Source of the DNA: Candidatus Omnitrophota bacterium
GTDB lineage: Bacteria; Omnitrophota; Gorgyraeia; JAHIPI01
Reading direction: 5' to 3'
DNA length: 64,000 bases
NCBI GenBank assembly: GCA_016783745.1
Contig: JADHVZ010000007.1
Span: 259 to 64,258, forward strand
The notes beneath the pieces are model-generated. The model was not told where the DNA came from. It saw only the letters and a program-made list of their open reading frames with translations, and searched no databases. The first letter of the stretch is position 1. The number at the start of each line of letters is the position of its first letter. A program made the position numbers and the translations under genes. This document shows, one piece after another, positions 8,905-19,059 of this stretch.

Positions 8905-10583
8905 CTTCAGATATATTTAATCGCCTCGGAAACGGCATAAAAGAAAATACCGTGATATTCGCGGCCGTTGTCTCAATTATTCTTCATATGGTGTTTTTTG
9001 TTTACTCGTCTATTGTGGTGCTGCCCGGTATCCGGAGTGAAATAGAAAGATCGAAAGCTATATTCAATATAAAAACTGTGGAGAAAAAACCTGTTGTCAA
9101 AAGAAAAAAGCCGCCTCAAAGCACAAAAACAACATATTTGCAAAAAATTAAATTTGAAAGTCCTGCCCTGCCCACCGGAGCATCATTGAGCGCCGCAGAT
9201 GAAAAAATCGAAAAAGACGGTTTCAGCAAAGAGGCGCAAAAAATCAGCAAGCCTGTATCCATAGAGCAGCTGAAGGATCTGGGGGACCTTGAAAAGGAAA
9301 AAAGGCGTGAACATCTGGCAAAAAAAGGCCAGCGTAAGACAAAAAAAGATATCGTTGAGGTAGATAGGGGCATATTAGACACCGCGGCGGGGCCTGAGGA
9401 CCTGCTTGAAGCCGACTTTTCTGAAGAATTTTTTGAGGAAATGCCCGGTTTCACCCCGAAGTCTGTCGGCGGGATCATGCAGGACCTAAAACGCGGCATA
9501 CTTTCCAGGTTTGGCATCAGCGAGACTTCACCGATCAGGAGAAAAGGCGCATTCTCCGGATTGGAAGAATATCTGGTGTATAATCTTGCCGCATACAGCG
9601 ACCCTGAAAACGGTAAGAAATATTACAAGATCACCATCCATGCGGGAAAGGATGTCGGCCGGCTGAAGCGGATGCCTAAAGAAATCGTATTCTTAATAGA
9701 TTGCTCTCTCAGTATACAAAAAGAACGGCTGGAAGAGTTTAAGGAAGGGCTGCTTTACGCCTTAAAAAATCTAAACCCCGATGACGTATTTAACATAATG
9801 GCATTTAAAGAGACCGTATCATGGTTCAGGGGTGATCCTGTAAAGCCGGATCCGGAGATCATTAAAGAAGCTATGGCTTTTGTCGAAGCCCTAAGCGCCG
9901 GTGAAGGCACTGATGCCTATAAAGCCCTTCTGGAAGCCATACAAAAGGAGGCCTCCATCACCCCCTCATACATCGTGATTTTCAGCGACGGGCGCCCTAC
10001 GTACGGTATAACGGATTCAAGAAAAATCATAAACAAGATCTCCATGACGAATAAAGGCGAAAGGCCCATCTTCGTTTTGAGCGGCGGGTTAAGAGTAAAC
10101 AGGTATTTTCTTGACTTTATTTCATATAAAAACAGGGGCTGGGCAGAATACGCTCAGCGTTCACATCAGGTTGCGGGACACATATCGAAGATGTATGAAA
10201 AAATAAAAGATCCCGTATTCCTGAACCTGAGATACAGGGTAAACGGTTTAAACGTAGACGAGATCTTCCCCAAGACACTACCCGATTTCTACCGGCACGC
10301 TGAATTTAATATTTACGGTGCCTATGAAGATGAGGATGAGTTTTCGCTTCAGTTGTTAGGGGACATAGAAAACGAAGTGAATGAGTTTATCGTAGTGGAC
10401 TCACTTAAAGGCGCCGCTCTAGGCGGGGAAAACATAGCCAGGGAGTGGGCGTTTAATAAGATATATCACCTGATAGGAATACTGGAACACGACAGCAATA
10501 ACAAGGAGATCATCGAAGAAATAAATACCCTTTGCGATAAATTCGGTATAAAAACCCCTTATTCTGACGAGATCAAAAAATAA
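8886..10583 (+). CDS. Membrane-anchored vWA-domain protein with TonB-like anchor
   Basis: TM helix with SIILH, Lys/Pro-rich linker, MIDAS residues DCSLS...EGTD...FSDG. Confidence 0.8.
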   Translation: MEIKRLASDIFNRLGNGIKENTVIFAAVVSIILHMVFFVYSSIVVLPGIRSEIERSKAIFNIKTVEKKPVVKRKKPPQSTKTTYLQKIKFESPALPTGASLSAADEKIEKDGFSKEAQKISKPVSIEQLKDLGDLEKEKRREHLAKKGQRKTKKDIVEVDRGILDTAAGPEDLLEADFSEEFFEEMPGFTPKSVGGIMQDLKRGILSRFGISETSPIRRKGAFSGLEEYLVYNLAAYSDPENGKKYYKITIHAGKDVGRLKRMPKEIVFLIDCSLSIQKERLEEFKEGLLYALKNLNPDDVFNIMAFKETVSWFRGDPVKPDPEIIKEAMAFVEALSAGEGTDAYKALLEAIQKEASITPSYIVIFSDGRPTYGITDSRKIINKISMTNKGERPIFVLSGGLRVNRYFLDFISYKNRGWAEYAQRSHQVAGHISKMYEKIKDPVFLNLRYRVNGLNVDEIFPKTLPDFYRHAEFNIYGAYEDEDEFSLQLLGDIENEVNEFIVVDSLKGAALGGENIAREWAFNKIYHLIGILEHDSNNKEIIEEINTLCDKFGIKTPYSDEIKK

Positions 10584-10586
10584 AAA

Positions 10587-10611
10587 ATCCCGGGCATATC
10601 CTGCCGGGGAT
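10587..10611. terminator. Hairpin between convergent genes
   Basis: ATCCCGG...CCGGGAT stem next to an A-run. Confidence 0.5.
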
Positions 10612-10636
10612 CTGATTCATGTATATAAAAACCTTA

Positions 10637-11092
10637 CTATACTTGCGCCATCTTCATCTGCTCTCTATTGCCTACAAATTCGAGTACCCTGCTTAAGTCT
10701 TCCTGTTCCGCAGCTCCGAATCTGAGGCCCGAGTCAGTGCCGCGCTTCCATACGATATTGCCCTGCATAAAAACAGATTGACGGTTGAACGGTAATTCGA
10801 CTTCGAGTGAGACAATGGTATTTATATCTATACTATTAAGGAAAAGCCGCACCCCGCCCCTGCTAATATCCTTTATCCATGATATGCCCTCCTCAGCTGG
10901 TGTCTTATATTTTGTTCTTAGCAGGGCCTGATAACGCGGGAATATTCTTTTCTCCTTTATAAAAAACTTTTTTTTCCTACTAAACAAACTGCTTGGACTC
11001 GGGAGGCTTTCTCTGTACCTCGATACCATCAAGGCTATTGCCAGAGAGAGTAATGTTAAACTCCCTATTAGCAAATGCATTTCAACGTCCAC
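10637..11092 (-). CDS. PilZ-domain protein with N-terminal TM helix
   Basis: EKRIFPR (RxxxR) and DISRGG (DxSxxG) c-di-GMP-binding motifs. Confidence 0.85.
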   Translation of the reverse strand: MDVEMHLLIGSLTLLSLAIALMVSRYRESLPSPSSLFSRKKKFFIKEKRIFPRYQALLRTKYKTPAEEGISWIKDISRGGVRLFLNSIDINTIVSLEVELPFNRQSVFMQGNIVWKRGTDSGLRFGAAEQEDLSRVLEFVGNREQMKMAQV

Positions 11093-11299
11093 TTTGAGCC
11101 CCCCTTTTTAGCAAATAATGGACTAAATTATTTGATTCTTTTTTTTCGCGCTGATATTAAGAGTTTAGTTCTCTTAACGTCAAATTCATGATAACACAAA
11201 ACAAGCATTAAGTCAAATAAAATAATGTCTTTTTGAGTGTGAAAGTATTATAACTAACTTTCTTATATTCTAACTAAAAACTTAGCTTACTTTTTGAAT

Positions 11300-11614
11300 T
11301 TAGTCTTTTATCTCTACTTTAAGACCTCCGAACAGCGCCGCGAAAAAATTATATAAAAGCGCAAATATAGATAATCCAAGCGCCGCGCTTAAGCCGTAGA
11401 GAATACCAAAAACTATCCCCGCGAAAATACCCGGGCGTATCCTGGCCATAAACGGAAAAACGCGCGCGATCTCCAATGATACTATATCTATTCTAAATAT
11501 ACTTCCGAACAGGCCTATGACCAGCCCGATAAGCAAAAATGTGCCCCCAAAAAACCTGAATATACTTACAATGTCAACGCGTCTGACTTCAAGCATCTTT
11601 AACTCTTTCATCAT
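11300..11614 (-). CDS. Small two-TM membrane protein (DUF3566-like)
   Basis: Begins EVRRVDIVS, ends LYNFFAALFGGLKVEI. Confidence 0.6.
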   Translation of the reverse strand: MMKELKMLEVRRVDIVSIFRFFGGTFLLIGLVIGLFGSIFRIDIVSLEIARVFPFMARIRPGIFAGIVFGILYGLSAALGLSIFALLYNFFAALFGGLKVEIKD

Positions 11615-11635
11615 CGCCTCCTAAATAAAGTTATA

Positions 11636-12490
11636 TTATACTTTGCTATGTACGTCTTCTTCGGTCCGCTCTCTTTCAAGCGCCCTGATCAGCGGATACA
11701 ATTTCTCCCCGATGAAAAAAGGCCCCTTTGCCAACTCTTCCACTACATGCGCCAGCATCGCAGATGTCCTTGAAAGCAAAAATAGCCCGGTTCCATGCTC
11801 CTTTGTGAATCCAAGAGCAAGCAATATCGCGGAATTAATACCGTCTATATTCGGATATAACCCCTTTTCCTTTTTAGCGGTCTCAGCCACCACATCGTAT
11901 ATTTCAATAAACTCATTTGAATAATTTAAGTCTCTGAGCAGACCTCTAAGTTTTTCGGGTCTTGGATCCTTCTTAAAAAGCGGATGGCCGTATCCATAGA
12001 GCGTTTTCTTTTCGTCAAAAATGATCTTTGTGTATTTTTCGACATGTTCCCTGACCGGCATATCTTCTTTTCTCGAGTTTTTTATTTCACCATAGATCGC
12101 CATCGCGCTTTCAATAGCGCCTACATGATACTTCCCTCCACCGGCATAACCGGCGGATAGCGCATGAGCAACAGGTGTACCGGTTGTGGCTGAAAGGCGG
12201 GCTAATAGCACCGTAGGCGGGCTATACCCGAATCCTCCGTGAAAACTGACAAGAACCGCGTCAAATATTCTGCGCTCGGTCTCAGTCGGCCGCCTGCTCA
12301 GCAATATATGAAAGATGGCTTCGCTGAACGAAAAATCACCTATAAGATCGTTGATATCCTTTCCCCTGACGTATAATCTTTCTTTCAAGAGGTCCGGGCC
12401 GTCAATATCCGTAGTTTTATCATACCTCATATGCTGGATAAACCTCTTCAGCATCTTCCAAAATTTTATCTCCCTGCTTACTCCGATCAT
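11636..12490 (-). CDS. Citrate synthase-like / citryl-CoA lyase family protein
   Basis: HVGA, GYGHP, DPR and PNIDG motifs; short 284 aa form. Confidence 0.75.
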   Translation of the reverse strand: MIGVSREIKFWKMLKRFIQHMRYDKTTDIDGPDLLKERLYVRGKDINDLIGDFSFSEAIFHILLSRRPTETERRIFDAVLVSFHGGFGYSPPTVLLARLSATTGTPVAHALSAGYAGGGKYHVGAIESAMAIYGEIKNSRKEDMPVREHVEKYTKIIFDEKKTLYGYGHPLFKKDPRPEKLRGLLRDLNYSNEFIEIYDVVAETAKKEKGLYPNIDGINSAILLALGFTKEHGTGLFLLSRTSAMLAHVVEELAKGPFFIGEKLYPLIRALERERTEEDVHSKV

Positions 12491-12528
12491 AACACCCTCC
12501 TCTATAAATAGGCTTACGTCAGGACATT

Positions 12529-13746
12529 CTACTGCGGGCTCCCCCTGCGTTTCAGCGTTTTTCTCCTATCTATCGCCTTGGCCCTTTTATGCTCGGCTTC
12601 ATAAACCACGATAATCTTTGATATTGAGCCGGTTTTTCTGCCAAGATCTTCAAAATATTCCTTTATATGAACTATCTCATGCTTGGATAGGGGCTTGATA
12701 CCGCACGGCCGTAAAGGCGTATTGATCTGTATCTCATCCGGCCTTATTTCAAACGCCAGTTCGGCAAGCTTTTTATACTCATCTTTATTCATCTCGGCGA
12801 ACATTATCTGAAGCGCAAGCTTAGTATCATGTTCGCTTCTAAATGCCTTTATCCCCTCCAGCAAATCACTAAGTCTTATACCATCCGCTGGGGCGTTTAT
12901 CTTCTCAAAACACTCCTGAGTCGCCGCATCCAGCTTGACCATTACCAGATCCGCTAAAGCCAGGTCATCCCTTACGGACTTATCCCGCATCAGAGATGAA
13001 TTTGTAATAACGGCTATCTTTTCTCTCCTTAATTCTCTTATTTTCCTGATGATCTCGCCGAAATTCCTTGCCAAAGTAGGTTCTCCCCTGCCGGAGAATG
13101 TTATGTGGTCTATAGACAAACCGGCGGGTAATGACTTGATCTCCTTGATGACTTTTTCAGTGGGAACATATACCTTTCTCTCTACTGTCTTAATAGGCGT
13201 ACTTCCTATCTGGCAATAAACGCAGTCAAAGACACATATCTTTTCCTCTTGAGAAAGCAGGTCTACCCCGAGAGAACTGCCAAGCCGCCAACTCGGCACC
13301 GGCCCGTAGATATAATCATAAAGGGGACGTTTCACTTGCTCGCAACCTCTTTCCGCGCAATAAGTTACGCTAGTACACTTTTGCTGATCTTTTACGCATG
13401 CCGGACAGGTAATAAACACGTATTTCAACATACCCGCCCCTGTATTCTTTACATCGTGAAGCGTGTCCGGCGGAACGTACAGCGCTGTGTCTTTCGCAAA
13501 CTCCTGGATCCGGACCTTTTCCGGAGTTCCTCCGGACGATTTTATATAAAGTTCACCTTTCCCCTCAAGGATTATAAGGATCTCCTCAAAATCGCCTGTA
13601 TTATGTTCTCCTATGCCCTCACCGGCCTTTAAGACTACATGCCCTGAGCGAAAAGAGGCGGCATTTCCTTCTTTAGCGCTGAAAAGCCGTTTATACTTCT
13701 CTTCCGAATCCAGTCCTATAATACCCGGACATAATCCATTCTTCAT
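12529..13746 (-). CDS. Cupin domain fused to radical SAM protein
   Basis: N-terminal cupin (GEHNT...EE...LHDVKNTG); then YGPVPSWRLGSSLGVD, CVFDCVYC and FSGRGEPTL. Confidence 0.8.
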   Translation of the reverse strand: MKNGLCPGIIGLDSEEKYKRLFSAKEGNAASFRSGHVVLKAGEGIGEHNTGDFEEILIILEGKGELYIKSSGGTPEKVRIQEFAKDTALYVPPDTLHDVKNTGAGMLKYVFITCPACVKDQQKCTSVTYCAERGCEQVKRPLYDYIYGPVPSWRLGSSLGVDLLSQEEKICVFDCVYCQIGSTPIKTVERKVYVPTEKVIKEIKSLPAGLSIDHITFSGRGEPTLARNFGEIIRKIRELRREKIAVITNSSLMRDKSVRDDLALADLVMVKLDAATQECFEKINAPADGIRLSDLLEGIKAFRSEHDTKLALQIMFAEMNKDEYKKLAELAFEIRPDEIQINTPLRPCGIKPLSKHEIVHIKEYFEDLGRKTGSISKIIVVYEAEHKRAKAIDRRKTLKRRGSPQ

Positions 13747-14720
13747 AAATACGTTCTTCCCTTCAAGAAACCCGCGTATTCCCTTACGCCGTCTTCCAAG
13801 CCATAGAATTCCTTTTTATATCCGGCGTTTCTCAACTTAGAGATCTCCGCTTCGGTAAAATACTGGTATTTAGCCTTCAAATTTTCGGGCATATCGAAAT
13901 ATTCGATAACAGGTTCCATGCCCAGGGCATTGAACAAGGCCTTTGCCAGATCATTCCAGGTCCGCGCCTTCCCTGTCCCAATATTGTAAATGCCCCCCTT
14001 ACCGCGATTTTCAAAAAAATAGTAAGTAGCTTCCACCGCGTCTTTGACATAAATAAAATCTCTCTTCTGGCCGCCGTTTTTATATTCGCTGTCATATGAT
14101 TTAAAGAGCCTTATCTTTTTATCCTTTACCGCTTTGTCAAAAGATTTCGCTATGACGCTCATCATGTCTTTTTTATGGTATTCGTTAGGGCCGAATACAT
14201 TAAAATATTTCAAGCCGACGATTTTATCCGCTATACCTTCATTTATGGCCCATAAGTCCACGGCCTGTTTTGAACGGCCGTAGGGATTCAGGGGCTTGAG
14301 CTTTAAGGTGACTTCATCGCCGTCGCTGAACCCAAAGGAACCGTCTCCGTAAGTAGCTCCGGAACTTGCGTAAATAAAACGGATATCATTTGATAGTGAA
14401 TATACGGCGAGTTTTTTAGAATATTCGACGTTATTCTTTACAAAATAAGCCTCATCCATGACTGTAGTCGATGAACAGGCCCCCAGATGGAATATAGCGT
14501 CCGCCTTTTTACCCAGCTTATTAGACGCTATGAGGGACAGTAATTTTTCCTTATCAAGAAGATCGTTGAATTTCTTACCTTTTAAATTCTTCTCTTTTTC
14601 AGGGGATACCGGTTCGTCAACGACTATTATGTCGCTTATCCCTTCTCTATTCAGCTTCCATAGAAGACAGCTGCCTATAAAACCGGCCCCGCCGGTCACT
14701 ATTACCATGTTCGACTCCAT
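13743..14720 (-). CDS. hldD: ADP-L-glycero-D-manno-heptose-6-epimerase
   Basis: VTGGAGFIGS, HLGACSST, YFNVFGPNEYHK, KYQYFTEA motifs. Confidence 0.92.
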   Translation of the reverse strand: MESNMVIVTGGAGFIGSCLLWKLNREGISDIIVVDEPVSPEKEKNLKGKKFNDLLDKEKLLSLIASNKLGKKADAIFHLGACSSTTVMDEAYFVKNNVEYSKKLAVYSLSNDIRFIYASSGATYGDGSFGFSDGDEVTLKLKPLNPYGRSKQAVDLWAINEGIADKIVGLKYFNVFGPNEYHKKDMMSVIAKSFDKAVKDKKIRLFKSYDSEYKNGGQKRDFIYVKDAVEATYYFFENRGKGGIYNIGTGKARTWNDLAKALFNALGMEPVIEYFDMPENLKAKYQYFTEAEISKLRNAGYKKEFYGLEDGVREYAGFLKGRTYL

Positions 14721-14724
14721 GAGG

Positions 14725-15651
14725 TTATTTTTTATCTAAATGTACTCTAGCTGATGTCAGTGCGACAGTAGCAATGATATCATCAACGCTGCAGCCCCTT
14801 GAGAGATCACTGCAAGGTGTCTTAAGGCCTACCAAAGTCGGGCCCATTGCCCTGGCATTTCCAAGGCGTTCTACCGCCTTATACGTTATATTCGCCGCAT
14901 CCAGGTTCGGAAAGATCAAAATATTGGCCTTTCCTTTCAATGGACTATCGGGCGCTTTGAACTTTTGAACATCCGGTATGATGGCCGCGTCAAATTGAAG
15001 CTCTCCGTCTACAAGAAGGTCCGGCCTTTTCTCTTTTATTATTGTCACGGCATTTTTGACTCTGTCTATAGATTCGCCCTCCGCGCTTCCCGACGTAGAA
15101 TATGTAAGAAGCGCGATCCTCGCGTCCAGCTTAAATAACGCGGTCAACAAATCCGCGCTTGATATCGCTATCCTGGATAACTGTCTTGATGAAGGCATAG
15201 GAATTACGGCGCAATCGGCAAAGGCAAAAAAACCGTTTTCCCCGTTAGGGCGATTTTCGGCCTCTATAAAAAACGCTCCGAATATCGCTCCTACGCTACG
15301 GTCTCTCCCCAGGCACTGCATGGCAGCTATTATCACATCCTTACTCGTATGGGCGGCGCCGGCCACGAAACTATCCGCTTCTCCAAGCCGCACCATCATC
15401 GCCGCGGCATATAAAGGATTATCTAAGGCCTTACCGGCAGCCTCAACCGTCATACCCTTATTTTTCTGAAGCTCATAGTATGCCTGCACCAGTTTTTTCT
15501 TATCTGCTTTCCCGGTAGAGATAAGATGGGCTATGCCTTCCTTTTCGATACGCCTCGCGGCTTCGGCAACCCTTTCATCCTCGATCTCAGGAAGCACGAT
15601 TCTTTTTGGATATTTCTTCGCTCTCTCTATTAAAGATTCTATTCTACCCAT
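14725..15651 (-). CDS. pta: Phosphate acetyltransferase
   Basis: RIVLPE, FADCAV, VDGELQFDAAI, DLSRGCSVDDI motifs. Confidence 0.9.
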   Translation of the reverse strand: MGRIESLIERAKKYPKRIVLPEIEDERVAEAARRIEKEGIAHLISTGKADKKKLVQAYYELQKNKGMTVEAAGKALDNPLYAAAMMVRLGEADSFVAGAAHTSKDVIIAAMQCLGRDRSVGAIFGAFFIEAENRPNGENGFFAFADCAVIPMPSSRQLSRIAISSADLLTALFKLDARIALLTYSTSGSAEGESIDRVKNAVTIIKEKRPDLLVDGELQFDAAIIPDVQKFKAPDSPLKGKANILIFPNLDAANITYKAVERLGNARAMGPTLVGLKTPCSDLSRGCSVDDIIATVALTSARVHLDKK

Positions 15652-16295
15652 ATATCTTTTTCAAACACGGATGAGATCGCTTGTTTTATATCATCCGGTT
15701 TTGCTTTTATGTTAGTCAAAAAATCCCGGTGGCCGCGCCCCATCCTATATGGCGGCTCCTTTTTGGGCATTTTTATATATTTCTCGATTCTTTCTATTGG
15801 AAAATCATAAAGTATTGTACCGTGGTGGAGTAAGTATTTTTTCCTGCGGGCCTGGGCGTTTCCTGAAAACTTCTTTCCATTAAAAGCGATATCGGAAAGC
15901 GGCTCAAATGTAGCCTTCACGCCTGATCCGCCCAGAGAGTCGCAGATATTATTTAAAATATATCCGTAAGATTTTCTTATATTCTTTAGCAGCGGATCAC
16001 GTTCATATGAAAGTATGAGCGAATAATTCAGGCAGCCCGGCCCCTGTAACACTGTGCCGCCTGCCGATATCCTTCTTAATATTTCAATATTATCCTTCCG
16101 GGCTTCTTTAGTATTTACACTTTCTTCGAGTTTTGAGATCCTGCCTAATACTATAAAAAATGTCTCCGGCTCCCAGAACCTTAAAACCTCGCCGGAAAAA
16201 TCAGCCTCGGCCGATTCAAGAAGGATCTGGTCATATGCTACGTTTTCAAGTGCATTAGGGAAAGATATGTCTTTGATCAACATGTGTAACTGCAA
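15639..16295 (-). CDS. Lipoate-protein ligase family (catalytic domain only)
   Basis: RRISAGGTV, KKFSGNAQ and HHGTILY motifs. Confidence 0.85.
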   Translation of the reverse strand: MQLHMLIKDISFPNALENVAYDQILLESAEADFSGEVLRFWEPETFFIVLGRISKLEESVNTKEARKDNIEILRRISAGGTVLQGPGCLNYSLILSYERDPLLKNIRKSYGYILNNICDSLGGSGVKATFEPLSDIAFNGKKFSGNAQARRKKYLLHHGTILYDFPIERIEKYIKMPKKEPPYRMGRGHRDFLTNIKAKPDDIKQAISSVFEKDIWVE

Positions 16296-17725
16296 TTAAG
16301 TTCGCGTGCGGCCTTTGCCTCATCAAGCCTTGATACCGGCATTTCAGCAGGAGCGCTTTTTAAGGCCTCCGGATCGCTCTCAGCAAGCCCTGCCGCCTCA
16401 AGCATGATCTTTATAAATAAGTCGAGCGTCTCTTTTGATTCTGTCTCGGTCGGCTCTACCATCATCGCTTCCTTCACTATAAGCGGAAAATACACCGTGG
16501 GAGGATGTATTCCCTTGTCCATCAGAAATTTTGCTATGTCTAAAGCATGTACACCGTGCTTAAGCTGTTTTGAGGCGGAAAGCACAAACTCGTGCATGCA
16601 TATTCTATCATAAGGGAGGCTGTAAACGCCTTTAAGGCGCGCAAGGCAATAGTTAGCGTTTAAGACAGCGCCCTCGCCTACTTTTATCAATCCGTCTTTC
16701 CCTAAAAGAAGTGTATACGCGTATGCCTTAAGTATTACGCCGTAATTTCCGTAAAAAGGCGCTATCCTGCCGATCGATCTCGGCTTATTTTCGTCAAGCG
16801 CAAATGTGCCGTCTTTTTTCTTTACGACTTTCGGTACAGGTAAAAACTCCGCAAGTTTATTATTGACGCCTACAGGCCCGGCTCCCGGCCCTCCCCCTCC
16901 GTGAGGGGTGCTGAATGTCTTGTGTAAATTAAGATGCGCAACGTCAAACCCGATGTCCCCCGGGCGGCATTTTCCTATCATGCCGTTCAGATTGGCTCCG
17001 TCATAATACATGAGGGCGTCCACCTGATGAGCCAGATCCGCGACTTCTTGAATTTTTGTATTGAAGATCCCGAGCGTGTTCGGGCATGTAAGCATTACGG
17101 CGGCAACTTCATCCGTAAGTTTAGACTTATACACTTCCATATCCATACAGCCGTCATCTGCCGTAGGAATAGAAATAAGTTCATAACCGGCTATCGCGGC
17201 GCTGGCAGGGTTTGTCCCGTGTGAAGAATCAGGGACTATTACGTACTTTTTCTTATTTCCCTTGCTCTTATGGTAGGCGGCAATGAGCATTACTCCGGTG
17301 AGTTCGCCGTGCGCGCCGGCAAGCGGCTCAGTAGTCACCTCTTTCATGCCTGTGATCTCGGCAAGGATCTGCTCCAGGCCATACAAGACTTCCAACGCGC
17401 CCTGGACCAGGCTTGACGCGGAACCGATCTGCGGCATCAGCGGATGAAGTTCCGTAAACCCCGGAAGCCTTGCCACGTCCTCCGTAAACTTAGGATTATA
17501 TTTCATCGTGCAGGAACCGAGCGGGTAGTAGTTGGTATCTACGGAGTAATTCATCCGGGAAAGCCGGGTAAAATGCCTCACAAGATCAAGTTCGGATACT
17601 TCCGGTAAAAGCGCTGGTTCTTTTCTCAGATATTTCGAGTCCAGATCCGCGGCCCTCGGGACATCCGAGTCCGGCAACTTTATCCCTTTTCTTCCCTTTA
17701 CGCTCTTTTCGAATATTAATCTCAT
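16277..17725 (-). CDS. gcvPB: Glycine dehydrogenase subunit 2
   Basis: YPLGSCTMKYNP and NLHKTFSTPHGGGGPG motifs. Confidence 0.95.
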   Translation of the reverse strand: MRLIFEKSVKGRKGIKLPDSDVPRAADLDSKYLRKEPALLPEVSELDLVRHFTRLSRMNYSVDTNYYPLGSCTMKYNPKFTEDVARLPGFTELHPLMPQIGSASSLVQGALEVLYGLEQILAEITGMKEVTTEPLAGAHGELTGVMLIAAYHKSKGNKKKYVIVPDSSHGTNPASAAIAGYELISIPTADDGCMDMEVYKSKLTDEVAAVMLTCPNTLGIFNTKIQEVADLAHQVDALMYYDGANLNGMIGKCRPGDIGFDVAHLNLHKTFSTPHGGGGPGAGPVGVNNKLAEFLPVPKVVKKKDGTFALDENKPRSIGRIAPFYGNYGVILKAYAYTLLLGKDGLIKVGEGAVLNANYCLARLKGVYSLPYDRICMHEFVLSASKQLKHGVHALDIAKFLMDKGIHPPTVYFPLIVKEAMMVEPTETESKETLDLFIKIMLEAAGLAESDPEALKSAPAEMPVSRLDEAKAARELNCSYTC

Positions 17726-19059
17726 ATCGCCTTCTTTAAAGCCTCCGCGAAATTTTCTATCTCTTCCTTCGTTCTTTTCTCTGTAACGGCTACTAAAAGG
17801 TACTTTTTCATGTCATTATAATATTTCCCGAGAGGCAGGCCCGCCAGGAAATTCTGCGCTATCATCTTCTCCGCCACTTTGTCGGCGTCCGTCGGCAAAA
17901 GTACGGTAAATTCATTAAACGTCGGCGAACTTCTCTTTACTTCAACGCCTTCGATCTTATCTAACAGCCCCTTAGCGTATTCGGCTTTATCGTGAACAAG
18001 TTGAGCAAGCTCACGAAGCCCTTCTTTGCCGAGGCTTGAAAGATACACTATCGCCCTTAACGCGCAAAGGGCTTCATTTGAGCATATGTTTGATGTCGCC
18101 TTTTCCCGTCTTATGTGCTGCTCCCTGGCCTGTAACGTCAGCACAAACCCCCGTTTTCCGTTTTTATCGAGAGTTGCGCCCGCGATCCTGCCTGGTATCT
18201 TTCTGGCAAGTTTTTTTGTCACTGCCATAAACCCTAAATACGGCCCGCCGAAGGAAAGCGGCAGCCCCATGCTCTGGCCTTCTCCGGTAACAATATCAGC
18301 GCCCATCTCGCGCGGGCTTTTTAAAATACCGAGTGATATCGGATAGGCGGATTCGATCGCAAGGGCGCCCGCGGAATGCGCTTTATCGATTATGTCGGAG
18401 TGATCGTCGACAGCTCCGAAAAAATTAGGATTCTGTAAGATTATAGCGGCTGTCTCCTTGTCGATATATTTAAACATCTCTTTTCGCGTTGATTGGCCGT
18501 GGCTTACGGGTATCTCCGCAAACTCAATAGAAAGGTTGCTTGTATAGGCGTATAGGATCTTTCTATATATAGGGTTTACTCCGCTGTCAACGACGATTTT
18601 CTTTCTGCCCGTTGCCCTTATAGCCACCATTGCCGCCTCATAGAGCGCGGTACCGCCTTCATAAAGCGAAGCGTTAGCTATATCCATGCCTGTAAGCGCG
18701 CAGATCGCGCTCTGGTATTCATACATCGCCTGAAGCGTCCCCTGGGAGCATTCGCTCTGGTAAGGCGTATAAGCTGTGTAAAACTCCGCCCGCCCGGAAA
18801 TGGCATCGACAACAGAAGGGATATAATGGTCGTAAAAACCGGCGCCTAAAAATTTTACAATAGTAGAGTGATTCCGGCCGGCAAGACCTTTAAAATGACT
18901 TATGATCTCCTGCTCAGACTTTCCGTCGGGAATATTGAAAGATTTCGGCCTGTATGAAGGCTTTATATCTTTAAATAACTCTTCGATAGAACCGACGCCT
19001 ATTGTTTTCAGCATCGAGATTATTTCTTCTTTTGTATGCGGCGTGTAATAGCTACTCAT
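17722..19059 (-). CDS. gcvPA: Glycine dehydrogenase subunit 1
   Basis: YTAYTPYQSE and REQHIRREKATSNICSN motifs. Confidence 0.95.
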   Translation of the reverse strand: MSSYYTPHTKEEIISMLKTIGVGSIEELFKDIKPSYRPKSFNIPDGKSEQEIISHFKGLAGRNHSTIVKFLGAGFYDHYIPSVVDAISGRAEFYTAYTPYQSECSQGTLQAMYEYQSAICALTGMDIANASLYEGGTALYEAAMVAIRATGRKKIVVDSGVNPIYRKILYAYTSNLSIEFAEIPVSHGQSTRKEMFKYIDKETAAIILQNPNFFGAVDDHSDIIDKAHSAGALAIESAYPISLGILKSPREMGADIVTGEGQSMGLPLSFGGPYLGFMAVTKKLARKIPGRIAGATLDKNGKRGFVLTLQAREQHIRREKATSNICSNEALCALRAIVYLSSLGKEGLRELAQLVHDKAEYAKGLLDKIEGVEVKRSSPTFNEFTVLLPTDADKVAEKMIAQNFLAGLPLGKYYNDMKKYLLVAVTEKRTKEEIENFAEALKKAI

